Below are positions 54,757 through 64,000 of a stretch of 64,000 nt of DNA, piece by piece. The notes under the pieces are model-generated. The model was not told the origin of the DNA and did no database searches. It was given only the letters and a program-made list of their open reading frames with translations. The translations under genes and the position numbers were made by a program. Every line of letters starts with the position of its first letter. Within the stretch, counting starts at the first letter, position 1. The DNA is taken from the IMG/VR virus record IMGVR_UViG_3300043470_000217, positions 1 through 64,000 of that record; one strand, 5' to 3'. This DNA is from a virus.

Positions 54757-55230
54757 CATATTTTTTGCTTTATTATAAACATCTAATTCTGTCTTATAAT
54801 AAATTGGATTCTCAATCCAGTCTTCTACAACTCTTATAGCATGTATAATTGTTGCGTGGTGTTTACCACTTATGTGTTTACCAATGTACTGATATGTTTT
54901 ACCCTCTAATCTAAGAAGGTGACACATTACATACCTTGGTACTACATGATCTCTTTTACGGGATTTGCTTAGTATATCATTACCAGTAACTCCGGTAATT
55001 GAATTAAGCACATCACATAAAATATTTATTGTGTTATCTCCTCTTATTTTTTTAGGAGCAAGACTAATACGTAAGTGTAATAACTTACTACCATACTCTT
55101 TCTTTATCTTCTGTACTTCTAATGCATGCGCTTCTTTAAGCTTGTTTACTAGTTCAGTTTTTCTTTTAAGATTGAGCTGTAAGTTATGTACCTGTGTTTT
55201 TAGTTTTTCAACTTCACTCAGGGTTGACAT
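54736..55230 (-). CDS. Coiled-coil plus DnaA C-terminal (domain IV)-like HTH protein
   Basis: DILSKSRKRDHVVPRYVMCHLLR...YQYIG...KHHATIIHAIR matches the Bac_DnaA_C pattern. Confidence 0.75.
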   Translation of the reverse strand: MSTLSEVEKLKTQVHNLQLNLKRKTELVNKLKEAHALEVQKIKKEYGSKLLHLRISLAPKKIRGDNTINILCDVLNSITGVTGNDILSKSRKRDHVVPRYVMCHLLRLEGKTYQYIGKHISGKHHATIIHAIRVVEDWIENPIYYKTELDVYNKAKNMFDDIKK

Positions 55231-55468
55231 ACATCTTTTTCATTTTAGCATCTATCTCTGCCTCTAGTTTAGCACTATCAATAGGAATAAGATTCTGCCA
55301 AACAGTTGTAGTAGTTACAGACTGTTGGACATGATCTATTCTTAAAGTAGTAGTGAAAGGATAAGCTAGTAATTCTATCTCATCCTCCCACGATTCTTTA
55401 GTGATATAACTACCATTGTGAACAAACATTTCTGTCTTAAGTACGGGGCGCTTTTCAATATTAATCAT
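55214..55468 (-). CDS. Hypothetical protein
   Basis: ATG 55468 overlaps the polB stop (ATGA); fills the operon gap. Confidence 0.5.
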   Translation of the reverse strand: MINIEKRPVLKTEMFVHNGSYITKESWEDEIELLAYPFTTTLRIDHVQQSVTTTTVWQNLIPIDSAKLEAEIDAKMKKMYVNPE

Positions 55469-57447
55469 AAGTTTAGTTCTAGTTGTTGATATGCTATTTT
55501 TTCCGGGCAAACATTCATAATCTCACGGATTGCATTATTAATATAGTAATCATAATTAATATCATAAGCATCCCATTGCTTATTATCTAGTTTGTTTAGT
55601 GTAGTTTGTAACCATCTACCGGATTCTACTTGTATAATTCTACCATCTTTATGGCGCTTAAGTATCTTACAACCTTTGTTAGAAATGTAATATCTTACTA
55701 TCTTTTGTAAAGGTTCTGTGATAAGTACACCACGTATCATACAGTTACTTGTAAACTTCCAATCACCTTTAGCTTTAATACCACCACAGAAATCTACAAT
55801 ACTCTTAGACTCCATAATAGTTTTATCTACAGGCTGGTTGAATACAAAGTAATTATACAATGCTTTCCGGATGATTAAGAAAGATTTATTCTTGTGTAAT
55901 GCTAGGTTGTGAAACTCAAATCTACCTTTACATTTTACAGGAGAGTAACCAGTATCAGTATAGACATAATAGGGCTCATCTTTCTTTAGGTAATCTAAAG
56001 TTTCTTGATCAGCTTCTCTATGTGTATTTATACCAATATAGTTGTTTACATCACCTATAATCATCTTCTGGTACTGATCATGTTCTAATGATAACTGTGT
56101 AATTTGTTCCCACTCAGAACATATCTTGAGATATAGTTCTTTATGTTGTTCAGGTATCATCATCTCTAAACCATCTGTATTCTGCATGATAGGAATAGCA
56201 CCGGGAATACTCTCTGCTATCATCTCATACAACATACATAGACTCAGTTGACCATTAACAGTAATGCGCATAGTAAACTCAGGATCATACAGAAAGCTAT
56301 TCTTATCGTTGCTAAGGCCATAAGTACTGTTCAAGATGATCTTGTATACATAGTTCTTTGGATCTTTCTTAGGGATCTTCTTACGCTCTGTAAAGAACCA
56401 CTCATACTGTTCACAGAATTCTTCTTTAGGAAGATGTGCCGGGGCCCATTTATTCTTGATAGCAAGGTTAGGATAATAACTAACTACATCTGATGACATA
56501 ATTATCATACCGTTCTTTGCTTCAAAAATACCAGATCTGGCACCATGTAAACCACCTAGACCAAAGTCAGTCTGCATACCCTTATAAGTTATACTATGAG
56601 CAAACCCACCTTTTGTTTCTTTGGGGTCCAACTCAATAGTTCTAAACTTATCTAGTAGCGCTTGTAACTCCGGTGTTTTAAACTTCACATAGTCTAGTAT
56701 GATATCATTAATCTTAATAGATGTTCTGTTAGTACGTAGACCATTTAGCTCATAACTACTGATCCCGGTTGCTTTAGATAAGAAATACTTAAACAACTCT
56801 TTAGATATCCTTGGCTCACTAGCACTGTATAGATTAATACCATACTCTTTAGTAAGTGCACCACGTAGAGAGATTTGGGATTTACTATACTCCATAATCT
56901 TCTTAGTGAACTTAACATCATTCTTACAATAGCTTAGTACCATCTCTTGTTTCTCAACGGTATCTATGCTATCAGTGTGATGTATAGGCATCTCCTCTAC
57001 ATTGTGCCAATCAAGTGTATACTCTAACCATTTAAGACTAGAACTCTTGGCTGGATTATCCCAGTGATTAAGTTTAAATAAATCTATCTGCTTGACTTTC
57101 AATTGTTTATGACTGTATAAAGCAAACTCACCATTATTCTTTCTAAAGATAATGTCTTGCGCTACTTTATAAAGCCTGTCTGTTATTTCTTTAGAACTTA
57201 GAGTAAGTAATAGATCAGAGTAATCTATTATATACTGAATCACTTGAGCATCAAAGTCTAGACCGTTAAAGCTAATGTGCCACTCGTCACCCTTGATGTT
57301 CTCATTGATAAATTCTACAAGTTCTTTAATCTGATTCTTTTCAAAGGATACAGTAAACTCAATAACTTCTTCTTCTTTATAGTGCTCAAATACAGCACAG
57401 AAGAAATCTGTCATGGTTTCTATATCCATTACCCAATGTCTTTTCAT
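55465..57447 (-). CDS. polB: Family B DNA polymerase
   Basis: Exo motifs DIET, FNGLDFD and YCKNDV; polymerase motifs DVVSYYPN, KIILNSTYG and NTDG. Confidence 0.93.
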   Translation of the reverse strand: MKRHWVMDIETMTDFFCAVFEHYKEEEVIEFTVSFEKNQIKELVEFINENIKGDEWHISFNGLDFDAQVIQYIIDYSDLLLTLSSKEITDRLYKVAQDIIFRKNNGEFALYSHKQLKVKQIDLFKLNHWDNPAKSSSLKWLEYTLDWHNVEEMPIHHTDSIDTVEKQEMVLSYCKNDVKFTKKIMEYSKSQISLRGALTKEYGINLYSASEPRISKELFKYFLSKATGISSYELNGLRTNRTSIKINDIILDYVKFKTPELQALLDKFRTIELDPKETKGGFAHSITYKGMQTDFGLGGLHGARSGIFEAKNGMIIMSSDVVSYYPNLAIKNKWAPAHLPKEEFCEQYEWFFTERKKIPKKDPKNYVYKIILNSTYGLSNDKNSFLYDPEFTMRITVNGQLSLCMLYEMIAESIPGAIPIMQNTDGLEMMIPEQHKELYLKICSEWEQITQLSLEHDQYQKMIIGDVNNYIGINTHREADQETLDYLKKDEPYYVYTDTGYSPVKCKGRFEFHNLALHKNKSFLIIRKALYNYFVFNQPVDKTIMESKSIVDFCGGIKAKGDWKFTSNCMIRGVLITEPLQKIVRYYISNKGCKILKRHKDGRIIQVESGRWLQTTLNKLDNKQWDAYDINYDYYINNAIREIMNVCPEKIAYQQLELNL

Positions 57448-57457
57448 AATTTTAGAT

Positions 57458-57485
57458 AAAAAAGGGGGACTATTACATCCCCCTT
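57458..57485 (-). terminator. Terminator-like hairpin just upstream of polB
   Basis: AAGGGGGA/TCCCCCTT stem followed by a T tract on the - strand, ~10 nt before the polB ATG. Confidence 0.6.
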
Positions 57486-57517
57486 GATTGTTGGTTTATA
57501 TGGCAATCCTCAAGACC

Positions 57518-57916
57518 CTAAACTTGAGTTGGACCCGTGATTCCTACTGATTCTTTGTCTAGAATACTAAAATCAAAGCTATCAGCGTTCATTGCAAATT
57601 TAGCAATAATATCTCTGATTTCTTCTTTTTTGTGTACATAATATTCTTGGAACGACTCAACCAGCCTTCTCTCTTCCGCATAACTTTTTTCAGGATTCTT
57701 TCTATTCTTAACAAAAACTACATCACCTTTATCATCCATTCTAGGAATCATGTGGTAAGCATCTTTTATAATTTTAGATATGATCACAAGCATACTAGCT
57801 TCTGGATCATAAATCATTTCTACATAGGGGCAAGACTCCATTAAGGGGATAACCTTAAAGCTATCTTGACCGTTCCAAACGGAACTGATACATAACATAC
57901 TATCTTTCATAAACAC
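57518..57916 (-). CDS. Hypothetical protein in the replication module
   Basis: Tightly packed ORF with normal composition. Confidence 0.6.
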   Translation of the reverse strand: MFMKDSMLCISSVWNGQDSFKVIPLMESCPYVEMIYDPEASMLVIISKIIKDAYHMIPRMDDKGDVVFVKNRKNPEKSYAEERRLVESFQEYYVHKKEEIRDIIAKFAMNADSFDFSILDKESVGITGPTQV

Positions 57917-57919
57917 AAA

Positions 57920-58480
57920 TCAAATAATTAAATCTTTCATTTCCAAATCTTCTACGGGTATTTTAAGAGTTTCCTTCTCTTTATTGTAGGGAGCACATAA
58001 CTCTCCTACGCCTTTTAGTATATTTACATTTACTCCTAGCAGCTCTGCATAGATATCAAAATAGTCTTCCGGATATAAGTAACTCATAACATACTCATAA
58101 GTAGTAGAATCTTTACCATAGAACTTTTCAATCTCTCCTTTAGCTTTCTCTGATAACTCAGAGTACTTACCTTTTATAAAATTATCCCAATCAACAGATT
58201 GATCATCAAATGTAAATATGTAAATACCCTTGTTATCTAGAGTTTGCCTAAACTCACAAAACTTCTCATTACCGAATAACTTAACTCTCTCAAAGATCTG
58301 ATAGTCTTCATTATCCTGTATATCATAAACGCAAATTAGTTTTCTATCTGTTGGTGAAATTATTTCTTCCCATGCTATATAAGTTTGTATGGGTTTGATA
58401 TGACTTCCACGTCTAATATTTAATGCCGGGTATAAAAATATCCTGGACTTCTGTGTGTATTTATCATGTAATTTCTTCAT
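57920..58480 (-). CDS. Hypothetical protein in the replication module
   Basis: Tightly packed ORF; DWDNFIKGKYSELS motif. Confidence 0.6.
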   Translation of the reverse strand: MKKLHDKYTQKSRIFLYPALNIRRGSHIKPIQTYIAWEEIISPTDRKLICVYDIQDNEDYQIFERVKLFGNEKFCEFRQTLDNKGIYIFTFDDQSVDWDNFIKGKYSELSEKAKGEIEKFYGKDSTTYEYVMSYLYPEDYFDIYAELLGVNVNILKGVGELCAPYNKEKETLKIPVEDLEMKDLII

Positions 58481-59448
58481 AGTACAATTTTGCTCACAAT
58501 ATACTCATAAGGAAGTGAATAATCCCTATTGGTATAGTGATAGTGTGCTTCATTTAATGCTTTTCTAAATCTTTCATTCCAGTCATCCAGTGTTAATTGA
58601 GACACAGGGAAGCAATATATCTGCTCATACTTGTCTACCACAACAAAAGAATACTGATATGTATAATCTAGTTTACCAAAGCTGCACTTACAAAGTAATA
58701 CATACATGGCAGCCTGCATCCAATAGTTATAATACTCCACACTCTCTTTAAATTCAGGTATGGTTTTACTAGTGGTTTTAACATCTGCTATCTTGATTAC
58801 TTTATTTACATCATCTACTATTACACTGTCAAGAATACCCTTGATTCCAAATTGATAATCTACAAGATCACAAGAAGCCTCTATTTCTCTATGTACTTTA
58901 GCAGAATCAAACTCTGTAATTTCTAGACCCAAGTGTTCAATAACGTCAGGATGTGCTCTAAACTTAGTCACAATCCTATTACACTTATCAAATGTACTCT
59001 GATCAATTACAGATTTACCGGTACTATTAACTAAATCACTTAGATAGTCTATTGTAATTGGTGTAATTACTTTAGCTAATCTCTGTTCATCAGTTTTTAA
59101 TGTCTGGTAAAGATTCTTTTCTACTAAAATGTTTAAGATTTCTTCTTGAAAGTTAGACAAATCATCACAATTATGCTCTTTAAAGATTCTATCTACAATG
59201 TCCTTAAGATTATCTGAAGGAAGTTTACTCTTAGCTACATAAAATTGGTCCTCATATACCTCCGGTTGGAGTAGAAGGCAGTGAATTAACCTGCCCTCTA
59301 CTAAATGTGCACCAACGGACTCTTCTTTTTGTTGAAGAATGTAATGAGTATAGAACAACCTAGGGCTAAATCTAAGTTTACTTAACCCTGAGTAACTAAT
59401 GTAATACTTGCTTTTGTAAAACTGTTCTATTAACTCTTGATCTGTCAT
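58477..59448 (-). CDS. PD-(D/E)XK exonuclease (RecE/ExoVIII-like)
   Basis: SYSGLS...GRLIHCLLL...KGILD...IADVKTT...YWMQAAMY. Confidence 0.85.
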   Translation of the reverse strand: MTDQELIEQFYKSKYYISYSGLSKLRFSPRLFYTHYILQQKEESVGAHLVEGRLIHCLLLQPEVYEDQFYVAKSKLPSDNLKDIVDRIFKEHNCDDLSNFQEEILNILVEKNLYQTLKTDEQRLAKVITPITIDYLSDLVNSTGKSVIDQSTFDKCNRIVTKFRAHPDVIEHLGLEITEFDSAKVHREIEASCDLVDYQFGIKGILDSVIVDDVNKVIKIADVKTTSKTIPEFKESVEYYNYWMQAAMYVLLCKCSFGKLDYTYQYSFVVVDKYEQIYCFPVSQLTLDDWNERFRKALNEAHYHYTNRDYSLPYEYIVSKIVL

Positions 59449-60509
59449 TAGTCTATTATTAATTTTTTATAATCTTCATTCATATTAATTGAACCTACTG
59501 TAAAGATGTGATTGTCACCAAAGCGTTTAACATGCACAAGAATCTCATCTTTAAATTCTGTTAGATACTCTCTCTTAAGTTTATTAGTCTTAGCCAATAT
59601 TCTAATAATATCCATGATATCTCCACTATAACGACTAGGATCAATTTCCCAATAAGTAATCATGTAACTTCTAAATGATTTATAGTTTACATGATTAGTA
59701 CCAGGCATATTACCAAAGTTATGTTTAGAGATAAGCTTTAAGATATAAACCATTGACTGATCATAATCACAGTTACAGAGTAACTCCATAGCAATTTCCT
59801 GATTTTGATGAGTAGAAAACATACCATCAAGTCTTTTAAATGACTCTGAAGTTAATGGTTTAGAACCATTGCACTGCTTTAGTACATCCTGATCACTAAT
59901 TACTACTTTAGTACCGGCCAATAAATCATCAATAAGTTGCTTATGTATAGGATCTTTATAAACATAAATATACAAATGATTTGAGTTAATAGCATCAGTA
60001 TTAAATATATTATTATAATCCTCTTTAATATGATTATAAATAATATAATCCAGAATTATATTTTCATTTACATCAGCAACTTTTAGATTAGTTGTATCTA
60101 TACCTCTATAATCAAGTACTTCAATAAGATGTTTAACTGGGATAGTCATAGCACTTGCTCTATCAGTAATCTCATCTATAACTTGTTTTTTAGAGAAGAC
60201 TACTTTGTTTGCTTTAGCAAAACTTCTAACTATATCAAATCCAATTTCCTTACCAGTTTCCCGTATTTTATACCGGGGGATGGTTACCCCCGGCATTATA
60301 AATACTTTATCACCTGCAATTAAACTAGAAACACTAGTAGATATATTATCAAATGACTTTATATCTACAGTCTCTTTAATACTCACATCAAGTGAACTCA
60401 AAATTGCATGTACATTTACAGGCTGTGAACCACGGCCCCATCTATTATAATCATAACCAGTAATCTTGGCATATGACTGCATGTTAAAATCTAATTCTAA
60501 ATATTTCAT
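59448..60509 (-). CDS. Hypothetical protein, possible BRCT-like N-terminal domain
   Basis: Coupled to the MoxR gene; the KVFIMPGVTIPR.K...IVRS..KA..VV segment is weakly BRCT-like. Confidence 0.45.
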   Translation of the reverse strand: MKYLELDFNMQSYAKITGYDYNRWGRGSQPVNVHAILSSLDVSIKETVDIKSFDNISTSVSSLIAGDKVFIMPGVTIPRYKIRETGKEIGFDIVRSFAKANKVVFSKKQVIDEITDRASAMTIPVKHLIEVLDYRGIDTTNLKVADVNENIILDYIIYNHIKEDYNNIFNTDAINSNHLYIYVYKDPIHKQLIDDLLAGTKVVISDQDVLKQCNGSKPLTSESFKRLDGMFSTHQNQEIAMELLCNCDYDQSMVYILKLISKHNFGNMPGTNHVNYKSFRSYMITYWEIDPSRYSGDIMDIIRILAKTNKLKREYLTEFKDEILVHVKRFGDNHIFTVGSINMNEDYKKLIID

Positions 60510-61687
60510 CGGATTGTGTACTCCATAACTTTATCGTTCAACATAAGTTTCTGAAACTTTTGCTTGTTACCATTTATAAGATTTCTTACAATCATATACT
60601 TCAGGTCAATAGCAAATATTTCATCTACCACTAATTTCTCAAGACGCTTGATTACTTCAGCTTTCATAGGATTAGTCTTGAAGTGAGCCAGTGCAAAGTT
60701 TACAAGTCTAGTACTCATAATACTAGCAATATCTGCACGATACTCATCTTCTCTACCTATTGTAGACTTAAGTGCACCTACGATATAATCCTCATTATCA
60801 TGAAGAAGGATATCTTTTGGAGACATCAATTGATCCAACTTGTTATTGATAAACAAAGTAAACAAGCTAGTCATATCAGCACCAACAGAACCTTCACCAA
60901 TCATTTGGATCATAGGTAAGTTTTCTTCAAACTTCTCAAAGCTAGAAATAGCATTAAAGAATGTAGTGATTGCACGCGGGTTAGTAGCTTCAGTTACAAT
61001 CTCTGGATGCTTCAAGATGAAGTTAATACATCTACCATCCATGTGTGTTTCTTCTGCCCACTGTGCCCAACAATCTACATCAAACTTCAACTCACAAGAA
61101 ATAAAGCGAGTTGTTTGTGCTATATCCATGCTATTTACATGATAGTCACCACCATCTGGGTTAGTAGTCAAGATGATAGTCCAGTCTTTAGGTAACTTCC
61201 AAGAGATATACTCCTGAGTATTAATCAAGTCCATACAAGCCTGAATCATTCTTGGGTCAGCACGAGTATAGTCATCTAACAATAAGATACCAGACTCACC
61301 TTTACCAGAAATCCACTCAGGTGCACAATATGCAGTACGTCTTGCACCGGTCAATTTAAAACCAGCCTTAACAGCTAACTCAGCTTCCATCTCAGTTACC
61401 CACTTAGTCTTAAGACCATCAGGTGTATCTTTACCAATCTGGAATTCTTTAACTGGAAAACCTACTAGATCTGATAACTCTTCTATCATTGCTAAGTTGA
61501 TCTTAACAAACTGCATACCTTCTTCTTTTGCAAGATTAGATACTACAGTAGTTTTACCAAGACCTGCATTACCTACTACATTCAAAGCTGTTGGTACTTT
61601 ACCTTGCTCTTGAATGAATCTGTTGTTGTTAATTACGTGTTTGATGAAATCTTTTAATTCAGCGCTGTTTAATTTTACTTGTGCCAT
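60506..61687 (-). CDS. MoxR-like AAA+ ATPase
   Basis: GNAGLGKT Walker A, LLLDDYTRA Walker B, LTTNP sensor 1, MDIAQTTRF Arg finger. Confidence 0.85.
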   Translation of the reverse strand: MAQVKLNSAELKDFIKHVINNNRFIQEQGKVPTALNVVGNAGLGKTTVVSNLAKEEGMQFVKINLAMIEELSDLVGFPVKEFQIGKDTPDGLKTKWVTEMEAELAVKAGFKLTGARRTAYCAPEWISGKGESGILLLDDYTRADPRMIQACMDLINTQEYISWKLPKDWTIILTTNPDGGDYHVNSMDIAQTTRFISCELKFDVDCWAQWAEETHMDGRCINFILKHPEIVTEATNPRAITTFFNAISSFEKFEENLPMIQMIGEGSVGADMTSLFTLFINNKLDQLMSPKDILLHDNEDYIVGALKSTIGREDEYRADIASIMSTRLVNFALAHFKTNPMKAEVIKRLEKLVVDEIFAIDLKYMIVRNLINGNKQKFQKLMLNDKVMEYTIR

Positions 61688-61706
61688 AATGTTTAGGGTT
61701 TTTAAA

Positions 61707-62846
61707 TTAGTTTAATTGGATTTGGGGACCGGGTAATTGCTCATTGATGCGGGCTTTAGAAGAAATAACCCAAAGCATTCTACCTCTTGGTGTAATTGTT
61801 GTATAACATTCACCATCTGTTAAATAAACCAAGCATGTAAATCTTTTACTATTTTTATTATAGTAATCTATAACAGGATCAAACTCAGTACCACCCCTAC
61901 CTTGGACTCTTACATCTTTCTTAGGGTCATACTTCTCAATACTGTTAATTTGCGTATCACATTGTAATACTGTAATCTCTGTTCCGGTTTTGTGTATGTG
62001 TCTGATTTCATTAAAGAACTCTACAAGTTCATCATTACTTACACTACCAGAAGTATCTATTGCAACCAAGATATGTTTCTTGGGTTTAAATTTCATTCCG
62101 GGAGCATCCGGATATCTTTTGTTAAGTTTCTTTCTAGATAACTTAGTTTCTACTATATAAGAGTTACCAGCAAATCTTCTAAGATAGGCCCGCCAGTTAA
62201 ACTTACTAGGAGTAACTTCAGTGATGCGCTTATAAATATGTGCAATCTCTCCAGGTAATTGACCACGTGATTTCAAACACTCTTCGGCAGCTTCTTTCAG
62301 TTGATACTCAGCTTGAGACTTAAGTAGTTTCTTTTCAGATTCACTTAAGTTATCAAACTCTTTCCATGTATCATGCATATCATCAGCATCACCCATCATA
62401 TTTTGTACATCAGGATCATCTTGATTATCCAGTAACATATTATAGTAATAGTTAGTACCGGCTTTACGCTCAAGCTTTAAGTTAGGGAATGTACTTGGTA
62501 AGATAGCACCATTTGGAAGATAACTTGGAATAATGTACTGATTAAGTTCACAGTCAGCAGCAATATTAAACAACCGCTTGTCTGCAAACTCATCTCTTAA
62601 GTTAAGGTGATCAAATACAATGTGCAATAGCTCATGCCAAAGCAAGCCTTTCTTGTGATCAGAACTGAGACTACCCCAGAATTCTGTATTGATTACAAGC
62701 TTGTAATTGATATTGTGTTTACTAACACCAGCAGTTGGAATAGATTCATTCCATTCTTTGTTTAAACCTATTAAGAACATACCATAAAAGGGATGTTCAA
62801 GCATAAGTTCTTTCCCGGCCAAGGCCAGTTCTTCGTCTTTTCTCAT
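61707..62846 (-). CDS. DUF2201-type metallopeptidase plus vWA domain protein
   Basis: HELLH...NIAADCELNQ; DTSGS MIDAS; GRGGTEF; YLTDG. Confidence 0.88.
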   Translation of the reverse strand: MRKDEELALAGKELMLEHPFYGMFLIGLNKEWNESIPTAGVSKHNINYKLVINTEFWGSLSSDHKKGLLWHELLHIVFDHLNLRDEFADKRLFNIAADCELNQYIIPSYLPNGAILPSTFPNLKLERKAGTNYYYNMLLDNQDDPDVQNMMGDADDMHDTWKEFDNLSESEKKLLKSQAEYQLKEAAEECLKSRGQLPGEIAHIYKRITEVTPSKFNWRAYLRRFAGNSYIVETKLSRKKLNKRYPDAPGMKFKPKKHILVAIDTSGSVSNDELVEFFNEIRHIHKTGTEITVLQCDTQINSIEKYDPKKDVRVQGRGGTEFDPVIDYYNKNSKRFTCLVYLTDGECYTTITPRGRMLWVISSKARINEQLPGPQIQLN

Positions 62847-62857
62847 AGTTTTTAAGT

Positions 62858-63118
62858 TTAAAGTTTTGTAATTTTATCCAGTTCTTCTAAGAACTGAAAT
62901 GCTAACTCCTCTTCTTCATCTATAAATGATCCTGTGACTCTTCTCTTAGAAAAGTATTCATTTACAATTTTGATAAAGTGTGCGTTCTTAGCTTTTGCTT
63001 CATTTACAGATTTCTTAAGTTCTGGATTTACAAGCTCTCTAATAAACTGATACTGCACATTAAGTGCTTTGGCTAATATATAAGCCTTTCTAATTTCTTT
63101 TAGGTCTGATTCTTTCAC
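62858..63118 (-). CDS. Hypothetical protein
   Basis: Coupled ORF in the - strand operon. Confidence 0.55.
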   Translation of the reverse strand: MKESDLKEIRKAYILAKALNVQYQFIRELVNPELKKSVNEAKAKNAHFIKIVNEYFSKRRVTGSFIDEEEELAFQFLEELDKITKL

Positions 63119-63342
63119 ATTATTTGTGCTACTGGATCACTCCAACCATTTGCATCATTAACACCGCTAATGTATGCTTCTGCCTCTTTTTTTGTATCAA
63201 ACTCCTTGATACCATAATCATAATCTAATTGCATTGAGTTGTGTTCAGTCTTGAATAACTCTTCCCAACCATAGACATCTACAAATAAAGCAGCTGTCTG
63301 ACTAAATGCATACATTACTTTTACTTTCTTTTTTACTTCCAT
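63115..63342 (-). CDS. Hypothetical protein
   Basis: Coupled ORF; KEFDTKKEAEAYISG motif common in small phage proteins. Confidence 0.55.
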   Translation of the reverse strand: MEVKKKVKVMYAFSQTAALFVDVYGWEELFKTEHNSMQLDYDYGIKEFDTKKEAEAYISGVNDANGWSDPVAQIM

Positions 63343-63710
63343 TACTTTAGGATTTTAATTTCTACTTTTGGGTTTTTGTTGTCATATTCATAAGGTACAA
63401 ATACCGGGATTAACTCATCAGCATTATCATCATCTATCCAGTCAAACTTTACCATTGCATCTTGTACAGCTTGTGCTATGTTAATCATATCAAACTTGTG
63501 TCTGCTCTTTCTATAGAACTTAAACTCTATATACAATGGCTTAGGAAGACCTTTAGATTCTTTTCTGAATGCTTTGGCTTGTTCTTTCCAATACTCATCA
63601 GTAGCAAGCTTCCACTTTCTTGTTGCAGCGCTAGCTATGCTGTATTTTCCTGTCCAAATTCTACTGTTTTTACTAGAAGGTGTGTTACCGGGTATTGTAA
63701 ATATTTTCAT
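63342..63710 (-). CDS. RusA-like Holliday junction resolvase
   Basis: IPGNTPSSKN...FD..N....VQD.M....IDDDN...NPKVEI. Confidence 0.75.
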   Translation of the reverse strand: MKIFTIPGNTPSSKNSRIWTGKYSIASAATRKWKLATDEYWKEQAKAFRKESKGLPKPLYIEFKFYRKSRHKFDMINIAQAVQDAMVKFDWIDDDNADELIPVFVPYEYDNKNPKVEIKILK

Positions 63711-64000
63711 AACTGGATATCTAATATTGATTTTACTTCAGGATAACTATGATCCATTACTGAATCAGATATATCTTTTGATAACTGCAAATATAAAGGT
63801 TCTAGATATGAAAATTGATTAATGTACTTCAATGTAGCTCTATTACCGGCCTCATCATTGTCAAAAAGAATATAGCACTTCTCATAGTTTTTACTTACAT
63901 CATCCAAGTACTCTTTCTTGATCATAGTATTCTCAGAGTCTGGTGCCAGAAAATCTATTTCCGGATACATCTTCTTTAAACACATACCATCTTTAAGAGA
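63707..64000 (-). CDS. DNA primase, Toprim C-terminal part (partial; continues past the window)
   Basis: SLKDGMCL...APDSEN...LFDNDEAG...KDISD Toprim motifs. Confidence 0.8.
   Translation of the reverse strand, partial: SLKDGMCLKKMYPEIDFLAPDSENTMIKKEYLDDVSKNYEKCYILFDNDEAGNRATLKYINQFSYLEPLYLQLSKDISDSVMDHSYPEVKSILDIQL

Noticed and set aside
55465-57447. Intein or intron in polB
   Set aside because: All motifs are contiguous in a compact 660-aa ORF with no splicing motifs
1-64000. Stop-codon reassignment as in some crAss-like phages
   Set aside because: Very long ORFs are intact under code 11, and TAA, TAG and TGA all terminate genes
1-64000. CRISPR arrays, tRNAs, rRNA, integrase or IS elements
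   Set aside because: No regularly spaced repeats, cloverleafs or recombinase/transposase motifs seen; intergenic gaps are short

Overview
AT-rich segment of a large Bacteroidota-infecting phage of the crAss-like (Crassvirales/phi14:2-like) type, read in the standard genetic code. The + strand (1-54256) carries, in order: FN3 and tail-fibre genes; a metallophosphoesterase; the IHF-like/ring/ring/muzzle tail module; virion cargo genes, including a 3177-aa virion RNA polymerase with the DFDID motif and a zincin domain; a holin-GIY-YIG-endolysin lysis cassette; an 8-9 gene cassette of cell-envelope proteins; another fibre; dcd and phoH. The convergent - strand (54325-64000) carries GroES, a DnaA domain IV protein, family B DNA polymerase, a PD-(D/E)XK nuclease, a MoxR/vWA pair, a RusA-like resolvase and a partial primase. 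The main observations are: (1) the three giant cargo proteins (~6350 aa) hold only four cysteines, all at the facing termini, suggesting a disulfide-linked head-to-tail ejection chain; (2) the envelope cassette encodes a T9SS-sorted cohesin/dockerin scaffold, a dockerin C-type lectin, CsgG-like proteins and a likely beta-barrel, with an overprinted gene; (3) modular cargo polyproteins are punctuated by [MYAK]xxGG sites; (4) there is a candidate late-promoter motif and two candidate small RNAs. All family assignments come from motif recognition by eye; no database search was run.
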